DNA of 32,000 nt, taken from assembly GCA_047651235.1 (NCBI GenBank), contig CP178758.1:3030001-3062000 (forward strand). The letters run 5' to 3'. The translations under genes and the position numbers were made by a program. A model generated the notes under the pieces. The model ran no database searches. It was not told the origin of the DNA and saw only the letters and a list, made by a program, of their open reading frames with translations. Position 1 is the stretch's first letter; every line of letters starts with the position of its first letter. The stretch comes from Candidatus Electrothrix yaqonensis. GTDB taxonomy: Bacteria > Desulfobacterota > Desulfobulbia > Desulfobulbales > Desulfobulbaceae. Of the stretch, positions 16,593 through 26,110 are shown piece after piece.

Positions 16593-16964
16593 TCAAAGCC
16601 GTTCTGACGGAACAGCGGCATAATTCCACTTCGGCAGAAACTCGTCGAAGTGAATTTTCATATTTTCTTTAAAACCGTCAGCCGTTTTGCGGCCTGTCTC
16701 GAAGAGGAATTCAGATTTTCCATGTGTCGTCCACCAGTTCCGAATACAGGCGCACCCGAACTCGGAGGTGTCACCGCTTGCCCCTAATGTGATATAACCG
16801 ATATTACTGTATATATCATACAGTCCATAGGCGAACCCGCCGTGTGTTTTTTCAGCACTGCGAAAAATGAGTCATCAAGGCCGACGGCGGTCTTTTTCAG
16901 ACAGGCTGCCGTAAAAATTACGCATTCGCGTTTCTATCTCAGGAGAATATGTTTTTATCTTCAT
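16593..16964 (-). pseudogene. ISAzo13-family transposase remnant (multiple deletions, frameshifts, in-frame stops)
   Basis: Minus-strand pieces are MKIKTYSPEIETRMRNFYGSLSEKDRRR.., FAVLKKHTAGSPMD (other frame), DTSEFGCACIRNWW and ..HFDEFLPKWNYAAVP. They match, in order, conserved blocks of ISAzo13-type transposases as I remember them (..DERqRRL.., ..tRGdPm.., DTaeFAv.sIRrWW, FHGEWNYtI.P). Confidence 0.45.
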
Positions 16965-17050
16965 AACCGGATGAGAATAAACGCAACTATGAAATTGTCA
17001 ATGACCTGTCAGCAAGTTCCGTTGTTATTAAATTTTCATTCCTAACATAG

Positions 17051-17085
17051 AAAAACCACGTCCTCTGGGCGTGGTCAGAGGACGT
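17051..17085 (-). terminator. rho-independent terminator of rny
   Basis: Minus strand reads ACGTCCTCTG-ACCACGCC-CAGAGGACGT followed by GGTTTTTTC, about 30 nt after the rny stop. Confidence 0.7.
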
Positions 17086-17115
17086 TCGGCTTTACGCCCG
17101 ATTCAAGCAATTTCT

Positions 17116-18681
17116 TTACTTGGCATACTCAACCGCCCTGGTCTCCCGAATGACCGTCACCCGAATCTGGCCGGGATAGGTCAGCTGCTCCTCAATCGCC
17201 TTGGCAATATCACGGCTCATCAGCAGGGCATCCTCATCATATATCTTCTGGCTGTTCACAATGATACGTAGATCCCGCCCGGCCTGCACAGCATAGGATT
17301 TCTCAACCCCTTCAAAGGAATTTGCTATGTTTTCAAGATCCTCCAGGCGCTTTACATAACTCTGCAGCATTTCCTTCCGGGCGCCCGGTCGGGCACCGGA
17401 CAGCGCATCTGCCGACTGGACCAGAACATCCAGGACGCTCTGCGGCGGCAGGTCTTCATGATGGGCGCCGACCGCGTAGACAATATCGTCACGCTCTCCA
17501 TATTTTTTAACCAGATCACGGCCGATAATGGCGTGAGATCCTTCTATCTCATGGTCCACAGCCTTGCCGATATCATGCAGCAGCCCGGCCCGTTTGGCCT
17601 TCTTCACATCAAGTCCGAGTTCTGCGGCCATAACTCCGCAGAGAAAGGCCACCTCCAGGGAATGCTGAAGAATATTCTGGCCATAGCTGGTCCTGTATTT
17701 CAGGCGGCCGATCAGGTTGATCAGGTCAACATGTATGCCGTGGGCCCCGACATCAAAGGTGGCCTGCTCGCCCACCTCTTTGATCTCCACATCCAGGTCT
17801 TCGGTTACCTTGGCGACCACCTCCTCAATCCGGGCCGGATGGATCCGACCGTCGGAAATCAGCTGCACCAGGGCCTGGCGGGCAATCTCACGCCGAATCG
17901 GGTTGAAGCCGGACAGAATAACAGCCTCCGGCGTGTCATCAATAATGATATCAATCCCGGTGGCTGCCTCGATCGCCCGGATATTACGGCCTTCCCGCCC
18001 GATAATCCGACCCTTCATTTCGTCGTTGGGCAGCGGCACCATAGAGACGGTCTTGTCGGCAACATAGTCTCCAGCATACCGGGCAATGGCAAGAGCGAGA
18101 ATATTTTTTCCCTTCCGGTCAGCCTCCAGCTTCATCTCATTTTCAATGCGGCTGAGTCGCTTGGCCGCATCCATACGCGCCTCGCTCTCAATGGAGTTCA
18201 TGAGCTGCTCTTTGGCCTGTTCACGGGTTATTCCGGAAAGGTTCTCCAGCCGGTAGCGCTGCTGTTCAATAACCGAGTTCAGCTCTTCTTCCCGCCCGGC
18301 AACGAACTTTTCTTTTTCGTTTATTTTCTGTTCTCTGGAATGCAGTCCGCCTTCCCGTTTTTTCAGGTCATTCAGCTCGTCATGCACTTTATCCAGCTTG
18401 CGGTCCAGCCGGCGTTCCTCCTCCTTCAGTCCTTTTCTGGACTCCCTGACCTCGGCCTCGGCCTCTTTCTTGCTCTGATATATCTCCTCCTTGACCTGCA
18501 GCAGACTTTCTTTTTTGATCTGCTCGGCCTCCTGAATCGCATTCTCGACAATCAGACGGCCCTGACTCTCTATATCAGCCTGATTGCCCTCGATAAATTT
18601 CTTCCTGAGAATGAAACCGACAGCTCCTCCGGCCATCAGCATCACTACACATAGAAGTACTACCATTCCGCTCATCATCAT
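17116..18681 (-). CDS. rny: ribonuclease Y
   Basis: The order N-terminal TM helix, long coiled coil, KH domain ([26 protein letters not shown]) and HD domain ([12 protein letters not shown]) is diagnostic for RNase Y. Confidence 0.95.
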   Translation of the reverse strand: MMMSGMVVLLCVVMLMAGGAVGFILRKKFIEGNQADIESQGRLIVENAIQEAEQIKKESLLQVKEEIYQSKKEAEAEVRESRKGLKEEERRLDRKLDKVHDELNDLKKREGGLHSREQKINEKEKFVAGREEELNSVIEQQRYRLENLSGITREQAKEQLMNSIESEARMDAAKRLSRIENEMKLEADRKGKNILALAIARYAGDYVADKTVSMVPLPNDEMKGRIIGREGRNIRAIEAATGIDIIIDDTPEAVILSGFNPIRREIARQALVQLISDGRIHPARIEEVVAKVTEDLDVEIKEVGEQATFDVGAHGIHVDLINLIGRLKYRTSYGQNILQHSLEVAFLCGVMAAELGLDVKKAKRAGLLHDIGKAVDHEIEGSHAIIGRDLVKKYGERDDIVYAVGAHHEDLPPQSVLDVLVQSADALSGARPGARKEMLQSYVKRLEDLENIANSFEGVEKSYAVQAGRDLRIIVNSQKIYDEDALLMSRDIAKAIEEQLTYPGQIRVTVIRETRAVEYAK

Positions 18682-18946
18682 AATGAATTATCATATCTGC
18701 GTCATGCAGGTCTGTTCGGCAGAACATAAAACACATGGATCTCTGCCGTAAAATAAAAATAAGCAAAAAACATCAACCTCAACCCTTGGATCTTGAAATC
18801 AACATGCGGGGAGCAGAAACTGAAAAGAGTACCGGAGCGGACAAGTACAGAAGAAGCAGGAGACAATATGCTGACGGGGCCGGACAGCTCCGTTTCCGAA
18901 CGGAATTATGCAGGGAAGATATATTTTATATCGCTACAGGATATAA

Positions 18947-19118
18947 AAAAAATCCCCACCCTGCCGTGTCAACGAAATGATTAAACCTATATAAATAGGT
19001 GGGCTGCTCATGCTGCACTTTGGAAATCAATGAAGGTTTCCGGCATACAGCAGGGAAGCGGCCCTATCAATGAGAGTTGGCTCAATACTCCGTTGATCAC
19101 AAACAGCGCAGGGAACCC
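18947..19118 (-). ncRNA. ssrS: candidate 6S RNA
   Basis: It lies directly downstream of zapA, a common 6S location. The closing helix pairs CCCTGC..GTG.TCAACG with CGTTGA.CAC.GCAGGG. A large central bubble has small hairpins on both sides (ACCTAT/ATAGGT). The apical stem is GGGC..CTGCT..ATGC / GCAT.AGCAG.GCCC, capped by GGAAA/TTTCC. A run of 8 T ends it, and a possible promoter TTGGGT-18-TATAAA sits upstream. Confidence 0.55.
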
Positions 19119-19164
19119 TGTTTTTATATTTATATCGTAGAAGAAAACCCAAAAAAGCTGAAAA

Positions 19165-19497
19165 TCAGGTCTGTTCTTCCAGTACCGAAGAAATATGCTC
19201 AATCATTCCTGAAATTACACGCTTTCTTTCCTCGTAACTTTTCCGTTCAGAATGGAATCTGTTGAAATCATTCTTCAGATTCACATAACGGGCTGCAAGA
19301 CGCAGACAGGCCAATACCAGCATTGTACTGGACGGCACCGTTGTTATGCCTGCCGACTCAGGGACATCCAGCTCGTTCCGCAGCAGCGTGACAGCTTCAT
19401 CCACCTCCTCATCAGGGGCATCGCTGTAAAAGGAGAATTCCTGTCCGCAGAGCCTAAAGCTGATCAGGCGTTCTTCCATGGTCCGACAGCCAGTCAT
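19165..19497 (-). CDS. zapA: cell division protein ZapA
   Basis: ISFRLCGQEFSFYSDAPDEEVDEAVTLLRNELD...MLVLACLRLAARYVNLKNDF fits the ZapA pattern. It is adjacent to a ZapB-like coiled coil. An alternative start is at 19479. Confidence 0.75.
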   Translation of the reverse strand: MTGCRTMEERLISFRLCGQEFSFYSDAPDEEVDEAVTLLRNELDVPESAGITTVPSSTMLVLACLRLAARYVNLKNDFNRFHSERKSYEERKRVISGMIEHISSVLEEQT

Positions 19498-19498
19498 G

Positions 19499-19804
19499 TC
19501 AGCTGTTCTTCAGTTCGGCCGAATCAGCACAGCCTCCTTTACCGTCCTCAATCTCCGTCCGTGTCCCGGCTTCCTGCTGCGAATCCCATTGCTCAATCCG
19601 GTCAAGCAGTCCGTTTACCCGCCTGAAGACCTCGGAACGCTGCTCATGCACCTCAGCAAGTTCCATTTTCATAAGCTCGCATTCCTCTTCACTGCTGCGG
19701 AGCTTTTCTTCAAGAACACATACTGTATTTTTCAGGCTGTTATACTTATCGATAAGATCTCCGACAAGCCGTTCAAGCCGGACAAGCTCTTCATTATTCT
19801 CCAT
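19499..19804 (-). CDS. ZapB-like coiled-coil cell division protein
   Basis: A 101-aa heptad-rich sequence (LERLVGDLIDKYNSLKNTVCVLEEKLRSSEEECELMKMELAEVHEQ), immediately upstream of zapA. Confidence 0.55.
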   Translation of the reverse strand: MENNEELVRLERLVGDLIDKYNSLKNTVCVLEEKLRSSEEECELMKMELAEVHEQRSEVFRRVNGLLDRIEQWDSQQEAGTRTEIEDGKGGCADSAELKNS

Positions 19805-19963
19805 GCTCCGTACTCCTTCCTGATCTTTCCGTTCCGCATACCGCCCGGAAAAAAGAACAAATTTATCCTGCCAGAGCGATTATTGAATTCTATTCTTACC
19901 AGCTGCAGCCTGCAAACGCAAGGGTTTTACAAAGACATTGTGATGAAAATCTTCTGCCTGCCC

Positions 19964-20446
19964 CTAACGGGAATACTGCCAACTCACAGGATATCCCTGA
20001 GAATAGGGCATATGGCCGTGAAAAGGTCGCGGGTTCCGGTCAAAAACAAGAGGCAGGAAATACCGGTCGCCTTCCCACATGGGGAGTCGGCTCAGGGTCT
20101 GCAGCGGATGCCAGCCCAGCTCTCCCTCCTCGTTGGACGGGCAGGGCGTCCCGTCAAAGCCTGTAATCAGAAAAATAAAGCCCAGCCAGTGCTGCCCGTC
20201 AGGGCCGAATCCCGGCCAGCTGACTGTTCCCCGCAGCGTCATCTCCCGGCAGACAAGATCAGCCTCCTCCCTGATTTCCCTAGTCATGCAGGTATGCACA
20301 TCTTCACCTTCCAGCATTTTACCGCCCAGGCCGTTGTATTTTCCCAGATGCGGATCATCTTTTCTGGCATTCCGATGGACAAGCAGAACCTCCTGTCTGT
20401 CCGGGGAAAGAATATATCCGAGCGTCCCTATTACAGGGGTGTACAT
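19964..20446 (-). CDS. NUDIX hydrolase
   Basis: Nudix box GGKMLEGEDVHTCMTREIREEADL (G-x5-E-x7-REUxEExGU). Confidence 0.85.
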   Translation of the reverse strand: MYTPVIGTLGYILSPDRQEVLLVHRNARKDDPHLGKYNGLGGKMLEGEDVHTCMTREIREEADLVCREMTLRGTVSWPGFGPDGQHWLGFIFLITGFDGTPCPSNEEGELGWHPLQTLSRLPMWEGDRYFLPLVFDRNPRPFHGHMPYSQGYPVSWQYSR

Positions 20447-20621
20447 TGTATGCCTCCTCTTCCTCCTTTCTGTTCACTGACTGTTCCCTTGCTGTCCCCT
20501 GGCACCGACATCGGAACCGCCCCGGTTTTCTCCTTCCTTTCTCATGCAGAAACTGTATAATAACAGGGCAGAAAAATAAAATAATAAAAGAACCGCAACA
20601 GTCGGAGTTTCAGGGCCCTGT

Positions 20622-22118
20622 ATGTTCTCCTTCTCCATAACCGGCAGATTCGTCTTCTTCCTTTTCTTTTTCGTGACTGTCCTCATCAGCAGTCAGGCTG
20701 AGGCGGGCGCCCGGTTTCCAGTGTATTCCATCATTTCCCCCAATATCCTTTTCTGGGAAAAGGTCTACAGCAAATACACCGGTAGTCAGGGAATACTGCA
20801 TGATAAAAACGATCTGAATATTATCTATACGATCATTGACCTTGTCCCGCGCAATGCCCCCGGAGCAGCAAAAATCAATGAACAGCTTATCAGACTGGTC
20901 CGCCTGCGCTACCAGAATATGCTCAACAAATTTGCAGACGGCAAAAAACCGGGCACAAAAGAAGAAAGAAGGATCTTTGCCCTGTTCAAAGGGAAAACCC
21001 GTGCCTATACATTCCGTGAAGCTGCTGAAAATCTCCGGCTGCAGCATGGCCTGAAAGACACCTTCCGGAAAGGGGTTATCCGTTCAGGGGCCTACATGCC
21101 GCTCATTAAAAAAATTATGCGGGCCAGAGGGCTGCCGCAGGAGCTGGCCTATCTCCCGCATGTGGAATCCTCCTTCAACCTGAATGCCCATTCCAAAGCC
21201 GCAGCGGTCGGGCTCTGGCAGTTCACCAAGTATACCGGCCGAGAATATATGACGGTCAATGAGCTGGTGGATGAACGTTTTGACGTGTACCTGTCCAGCG
21301 TGGCCGCAGCAAACTTTCTCAAGGAAAACTACCGACAGCTCGGTTCCTGGCCCCTTGCCCTGACCGCCTATAATTACGGAAGGGCCGGTATGGTCCGGGC
21401 GCAGAAAAAATGGGGAACCTTTCCGAGGATCATCGCCCACCATGAAACGGGCATCTTTAAATTTGCCTCGAAAAATTTTTATGCCGAATTCGTCGCTGCC
21501 CTCCGGGTGGCAAAACGCCTGGAAAATGACCGTTCTCTGATTAAAGAGCGTCCCTGGATCAATGTCACCTTCCGTCTGCGGGGCTATGCTGCAGTAAAAA
21601 AACTGTGCGATTACTTTAAAATAAGCAGAGCGAATTTTGAACGGCTGAATCCGGCTCTCCGTGATCCGGTTCTTGAAGGAAGAAAATACATTCCCAAAGG
21701 CACGCTGATCCGTCTTCCTGCCACAAAACGTATCCGGCAGCGGATTCAGAGCATGCCTTCCCGGCTTTTTCATGCCCGCCAAATCCGGGACAAGGAATAC
21801 AAGATTAAAGAAGGTGATACCCTCATAGCTATTGCCCGGAAATTCAAGCTCTCCGTACAGGAGCTGATGCAGGCCAACGGACTGAGCGGCAAGGCTATAA
21901 TTCGCTGCGGCAGAACCTTGAAGATTCCCCGGCCCGCAAAATACATCGGCGGAAGACAAAGAAAACAGTCTCGGATGATTACCCTGCAGGTGCATACAGA
22001 AGACAGAAAAAGCACACCGCCTCCTGAAAAAAAGGGGGTAATTCCTGAACCGCCTGCACCATCTGAACATAACGACAGCATCCCGACGCTGCGCCGACAG
22101 GCAAAAGAAGCACCGTGA
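20622..22118 (+). CDS. lytic murein transglycosylase (SLT domain) with C-terminal LysM, MltD-like
   Basis: It has a signal peptide, the SLT catalytic region LAYLPHVESSFNLNAHSKAAAVGLWQFTKYTGREY, and the LysM YKIKEGDTLIAIARKFKLSVQELMQANGLSGKAIIRCGRTLKIP. Confidence 0.85.
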   Translation: MFSFSITGRFVFFLFFFVTVLISSQAEAGARFPVYSIISPNILFWEKVYSKYTGSQGILHDKNDLNIIYTIIDLVPRNAPGAAKINEQLIRLVRLRYQNMLNKFADGKKPGTKEERRIFALFKGKTRAYTFREAAENLRLQHGLKDTFRKGVIRSGAYMPLIKKIMRARGLPQELAYLPHVESSFNLNAHSKAAAVGLWQFTKYTGREYMTVNELVDERFDVYLSSVAAANFLKENYRQLGSWPLALTAYNYGRAGMVRAQKKWGTFPRIIAHHETGIFKFASKNFYAEFVAALRVAKRLENDRSLIKERPWINVTFRLRGYAAVKKLCDYFKISRANFERLNPALRDPVLEGRKYIPKGTLIRLPATKRIRQRIQSMPSRLFHARQIRDKEYKIKEGDTLIAIARKFKLSVQELMQANGLSGKAIIRCGRTLKIPRPAKYIGGRQRKQSRMITLQVHTEDRKSTPPPEKKGVIPEPPAPSEHNDSIPTLRRQAKEAP

Positions 22119-22149
22119 GCTGCCTCTCTCTGCTTTCGATTTATAATAG

Positions 22150-22596
22150 ATGAAAACAAATCAACATCTTGCTGACGCCGTGTACAAACAGGTCGGGGAG
22201 GAAATGATCCGCAAGGAGTTTTCTCCCGGTGCCATGGCTCGTGCAGTGGCCGAGGCCAACGGAAATAAGGCTCTTGCGGAGAGTCTCTACGCTAAGTTTC
22301 GATTCGAGGAACTTATGCGCGAACTTGAACGCGAGGTGGTTGCCGAAAGTTCCCGGCGTAAGAAAGAGGAGGAACGGCAAGCAGAAGCCATCAGGCAGGA
22401 GCGACAGAAAGGAATCTACATGTGCCCGAATTGTGGATACTACGGGAAACCGAAGCAGATGCATCAAGGCAGCGTCCTGCTTATGTTCCTGCTGCTTTCT
22501 GTCTATGTGATCCCAGGCATAATTTACGCGCTCATTTTCAACGGGCATAAGGGCGTTTGCCCGAAGTGCGGGACAGTCGTCGCAAAGAAGATGTAA
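22150..22596 (+). CDS. hypothetical membrane-anchored zinc-ribbon protein (LITAF-like C-terminal module)
   Basis: The C-terminus CPNCG-x15-[LLMFLLLSVYVIPGIIYALIF]-NGHKGVCPKCG is two CxxC knuckles split by a hydrophobic hairpin. The N-terminal half is charged and helical. Confidence 0.55.
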   Translation: MKTNQHLADAVYKQVGEEMIRKEFSPGAMARAVAEANGNKALAESLYAKFRFEELMRELEREVVAESSRRKKEEERQAEAIRQERQKGIYMCPNCGYYGKPKQMHQGSVLLMFLLLSVYVIPGIIYALIFNGHKGVCPKCGTVVAKKM

Positions 22597-22652
22597 GAGG
22601 CTCGAAACAAGCACTGCATACATATTGATCCTGTCACCCCCTGCTCCGTACA

Positions 22653-24158
22653 ATGACAAATTCCGCTTCGCAGTCCACAGTTGCCGCCAACCAGACCATG
22701 CAGATCGGGGCCCTGAAGAGAGGGCATCGTTTAAGCCGCTGGTCCTTTGTTCAGAAACCGGATGAAAAACAGTTCATCCGGCTGCTCCGCAGTTTGCTCC
22801 GGATCCTGCTGATCATGATGCATGAATTCAGCAGCACGAATATTTCCCTGCGCGCCTCTGCTCTTACCTTCTCCATTATGCTGTCTATGGTGCCCCTGCT
22901 GGCAATGAGCACGGCCATTCTCAAAGGTCTGGGCAATGGCGACCAGATGCGGATCGCAGCCTATCGGTTTATCGATCAGCTGGACCCGGAGGCGGAGTGG
23001 GAAGCGGAAGTACCGCCGAACAGCCTGCCGGCTGCTGAAAACAGTTTCACGGAGGAACCGACAGCGGCTGACGATGAAACTGTTGAGAAACAGACAGAAC
23101 CGCATCTGCCTCTTTCCCTGAACAGCCATCTGCATAACGCGGTTGACACGATTTTCGACTATGTGGAAAATACCAACTTTGCCGCTCTCGGTGCCTTCGG
23201 CATCGGCGGGCTCCTTATTGTGGTGGTCATGGTGCTCAGTTCTGTGGAAGACGCGATGAACGCCATCTGGCATACCAGACGGGGCCGCTCATTTTTCCGC
23301 AAAATTATGGACTATCTGGCCTTGCTCGTTCTGCTGCCCATTTCCGTCAATATCGCTCTTGCAGGTGAGGCTGTTTTTGAATCCCCCAAAATAATGGGAT
23401 ATGTCGCCACTGTGATTCCGTCCCCCTGGGCCGTACAGATGCTCCTGAAACTGCTACCGTTTCTTGTCATCACTCTGTCTCTGATGATGATGTATCTCTT
23501 TTTTCCCAATGTCAAGGTCAGGACTTCGGCAGCGTTCTGCGGCGCCCTGTTCGGCGCGGTCTTCTGGTTTATCGTGCAGCGGACCTACGTTATCCTGCAG
23601 ATCGGGGTAGCCAAACATAATGCGATCTACGGCTCCTTTGCCACTCTGCCGCTCTTTCTCATCTGGATCCAGTTGGGCTGGATATTCGTCCTTCTCGGTG
23701 CGGTTCTGGCCTATGCCATTCAGAACCGCGATCATTATCAGCTCTCAGGCACAGTCAGCACCACCCGGCAGGAGCTACAGCAGGCCTTTGATATCCTGAT
23801 TACAGTGTATAACAACTTTGCTCTTTCTCGTGCCACCCCTCTGGAGGAGCTGGTGGAACAGTGTCAGGTAATCCGGGAGACAGATCTCTCCCGGACACTT
23901 GATCTGCTTATTCAGGGAGAACTGCTGCACGAGATCGAGCAGAACGGTGCTGCCGCCTTCCTGCCCACCCAGCCTGCTGATCAGGTCAGTACCGACCGGA
24001 TCATTCGCCTGATCATCGGGGAGCAGGAAGAATCAAATTCTGCGGGCGGGACTCTTGCGGATCAGATTGTGCTCGCAGCGGAACAGGCTCTTCCGCCGGG
24101 GGATTTTCCGGATAAATATCTGACCAGAAGGCTTGCTCATCATGCGGAGACAGCCTGA
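22653..24158 (+). CDS. YihY/BrkB-family inner membrane protein with an extended C-terminal domain
   Basis: NISLRASALTFSIMLSMVPLLAM, multiple TM segments and FLIWIQLGWIFVLLGAVLAYA are typical of the YihY (formerly RNase BN-like) family. Confidence 0.8.
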   Translation: MTNSASQSTVAANQTMQIGALKRGHRLSRWSFVQKPDEKQFIRLLRSLLRILLIMMHEFSSTNISLRASALTFSIMLSMVPLLAMSTAILKGLGNGDQMRIAAYRFIDQLDPEAEWEAEVPPNSLPAAENSFTEEPTAADDETVEKQTEPHLPLSLNSHLHNAVDTIFDYVENTNFAALGAFGIGGLLIVVVMVLSSVEDAMNAIWHTRRGRSFFRKIMDYLALLVLLPISVNIALAGEAVFESPKIMGYVATVIPSPWAVQMLLKLLPFLVITLSLMMMYLFFPNVKVRTSAAFCGALFGAVFWFIVQRTYVILQIGVAKHNAIYGSFATLPLFLIWIQLGWIFVLLGAVLAYAIQNRDHYQLSGTVSTTRQELQQAFDILITVYNNFALSRATPLEELVEQCQVIRETDLSRTLDLLIQGELLHEIEQNGAAAFLPTQPADQVSTDRIIRLIIGEQEESNSAGGTLADQIVLAAEQALPPGDFPDKYLTRRLAHHAETA

Positions 24159-24207
24159 CTGTGTTACTTGAAAAACTGAAATACGCTGTACTCCAAGAGG
24201 ATTGAAC

Positions 24208-24256
24208 TAATCACCAATCACTAATCACTAATCACTAATCACTAATCACTAATCAG
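24208..24256. repeat. heptanucleotide tandem repeat (TAATCAC) x7
   Basis: Read directly as TAATCAC CAATCAC TAATCAC TAATCAC TAATCAC TAATCAC TAATCAG, in the gap between two convergent genes. Confidence 0.9.
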
Positions 24257-24360
24257 GGGAGGGGATTCACCATCCCTTGAACAGATTGACAAGAAATATT
24301 ATCAGAAGCTATCAGGAATCCACTGTTACATCGCTGTAGCAGCATTCATATCGGCAGATG

Positions 24361-24729
24361 TCATGCGCGCCGAAAGCCGTATTCCAGCACAAAGTATTCA
24401 GGATTCAGGTCGGCAAGCGGTTCACGGAGTTTTGCCAGCTCCTCTTCCGGTCCGTGCAGCTCCAGACGGCTAAGGTCGGAAATTTTGAGTGCTTCCTGCA
24501 GCAACGTGCCGACATTATCGAGATGAGATAATACCCCTTCAGCATCTTCATATCCTTCCCGGCAATGCACCTGATCGCCGTTGAAGGTAAAGCCGTAGTA
24601 CAGACATTTCGATTCGCTGTCGGTTGCTTTGATAAATTCTTCGCATTTCTTTTTAAAGTCATCAAGGCAACCGTCATGCACCTTGAAATAGGGCACTATC
24701 GTGCAGCATTTATCTTTGGTTGCGACCAT
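24361..24729 (-). CDS. small ABM-like (ferredoxin-fold monooxygenase-like) protein, function unknown
   Basis: I prefer the start at ATG 24729, with AAGGAGGA 6 nt upstream. CCTIVPYFKVHDGCLDDFKKKCEEFI...YYGFTFNGDQVHCREGYEDAEGVLSHL resembles ABM/dimeric alpha-beta barrel proteins. This is weak motif-level evidence. Confidence 0.5.
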   Translation of the reverse strand: MVATKDKCCTIVPYFKVHDGCLDDFKKKCEEFIKATDSESKCLYYGFTFNGDQVHCREGYEDAEGVLSHLDNVGTLLQEALKISDLSRLELHGPEEELAKLREPLADLNPEYFVLEYGFRRA

Positions 24730-24876
24730 GTTATCCTCCTTTTCGAATTGTTGAATCAAGTTTCCGCGTGATGCGTACCTGCATAGTACGGAACGACCGG
24801 CTTTGACCGAAAGCTACTGAAACATATCGTTGAACAATAGTCAATACTTTTTGCCATATCAGTAAGTTGAGAATGA

Positions 24877-25020
24877 GAGGCAATACCGGAACTGCTGCGG
24901 GACAAAGAACTTGCTTCTCAGTTGGAAAAGCAGGCCGGGGTGTTGCAGGAATTACAGGCCCGACTGTCGAAAAACAGCCGGAACAGCGGAAAGCCTCCTT
25001 CAGTCGATGGATATCGATAA
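24877..25020 (+). pseudogene. IS66-family transposase N-terminal fragment
   Basis: EAIPELLRDKELASQLEKQAGVLQELQARLSKNSRNSGKPPSVDGY then a stop. The L..RL.kNS.NSskPPSsDG block is characteristic of the IS66 TnpC N-terminus. The frame breaks afterwards and no transposase body follows. Confidence 0.5.
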
Positions 25021-25278
25021 ACCGAAAAAAAAAGGAAGTCCGAGAGAATCCGGCCGGAATCCGAGCGGTTTGGCTCAACAGGATTTTTAAAACAGCTTTT
25101 AATACGGCGTAATATACGCTATCTTTTTCCGGGAAATATGGTAAGTATAATGGCGGAAATGCCGCAGGCAGCGGTGAGGAGCGGAATGCTGCCGATTGCA
25201 TGAACGTCTTCCGTCCGGGGCGGAGAAAAACAGAAAAAAAGATAGTTATCCTGAAGTTAAACCTGTGAGACAGTACTG

Positions 25279-26067
25279 ATGAAGCGCAGCAACGTGAAAC
25301 TGGAGCAGGATCTGCAGCAGCGGCTGCAGCACAAACCTATCCTTCTGACGACTCACTTGGTTCTCGGCTATCCTTCCCTGGAGACCAACCGGGAGGTGAT
25401 CCGGCAGATGGCGGAGAACGGAGTGGACTGTATTGAACTGCAGATTCCTTTTTCCGAGCCTATGGCCGACGGTCCGGTGATCTTGAAGGCCAATCAGGAT
25501 GCCCTAGCAGCAGGAATCCGGGTTGAGGACAGTATTGCCTTTGCCGAAGAAGTGGTACAGGAATTCCCGCAGGTGAATTTCCTGTTCATGACCTATTACA
25601 ATATTGCCTTCCGCTACGGTCTGGCTGCGTTTATTGAGCGGGCAGCGGGGATCGGCATGAAGGGCTTTATCATTCCTGATCTGCCGCCGGAGGAAGGGGA
25701 AGAGTACCTCCGCTTGGCCCGACAGAACGATATGGCGGCGATTATGTTTTTCACTCCGACCTCCACGGATGAGCGCATGGCCGAGGTGGCAGGGCAGGGA
25801 AGCGGTTTCATCTACTGTGTGGCCCGGAAGGGGGTCACCGGTCGGAAGACAGCAATGGACGACAGCCTGTCTGCGTACCTTGCCCGCTATCGACAGGCAA
25901 CCGATCTGCCGCTGGCTGTCGGGTTCGGGATCAGCAGCCGGGAGGATGTTGCCATGCTGGAGGGCAAGGCGGATATGGCAGTCATCGGCACGGCCACCAT
26001 CAAACTGGTTGACCGGGAAGGGGCAGCAGCTGTGGGGCCGTTTATCCGCTCGCTTGCCGGGAAATGA
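25279..26067 (+). CDS. trpA: tryptophan synthase alpha chain
   Basis: LGYPSLETNREVIRQMAENGVDCIELQIPFSEPMADGPVILKANQDAL...GFIYCVARKGVTG...PLAVGFGIS. Confidence 0.9.
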   Translation: MKRSNVKLEQDLQQRLQHKPILLTTHLVLGYPSLETNREVIRQMAENGVDCIELQIPFSEPMADGPVILKANQDALAAGIRVEDSIAFAEEVVQEFPQVNFLFMTYYNIAFRYGLAAFIERAAGIGMKGFIIPDLPPEEGEEYLRLARQNDMAAIMFFTPTSTDERMAEVAGQGSGFIYCVARKGVTGRKTAMDDSLSAYLARYRQATDLPLAVGFGISSREDVAMLEGKADMAVIGTATIKLVDREGAAAVGPFIRSLAGK

Positions 26068-26110
26068 AGGGATAAAGGATAAATAACAGGCCGGGTGCGG
26101 CTTTATCTCA

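Noticed and set aside
17458-18654. 398-aa plus-strand ORF
   Set aside because: It lies entirely antisense to rny, whose KH and HD motifs are unambiguous. Its composition is Leu/Gly/Pro-rich as expected for a shadow ORF. The same reasoning applies to 4456-5784 (antisense to pcnB), 3690-4565 and 3410-4141 (antisense to the oxidoreductase), 21084-22070 (antisense to the transglycosylase), 25504-26241 (antisense to trpA), 2858-3481 (antisense to hisS) and 14251-14841 (antisense to the PP2C gene).
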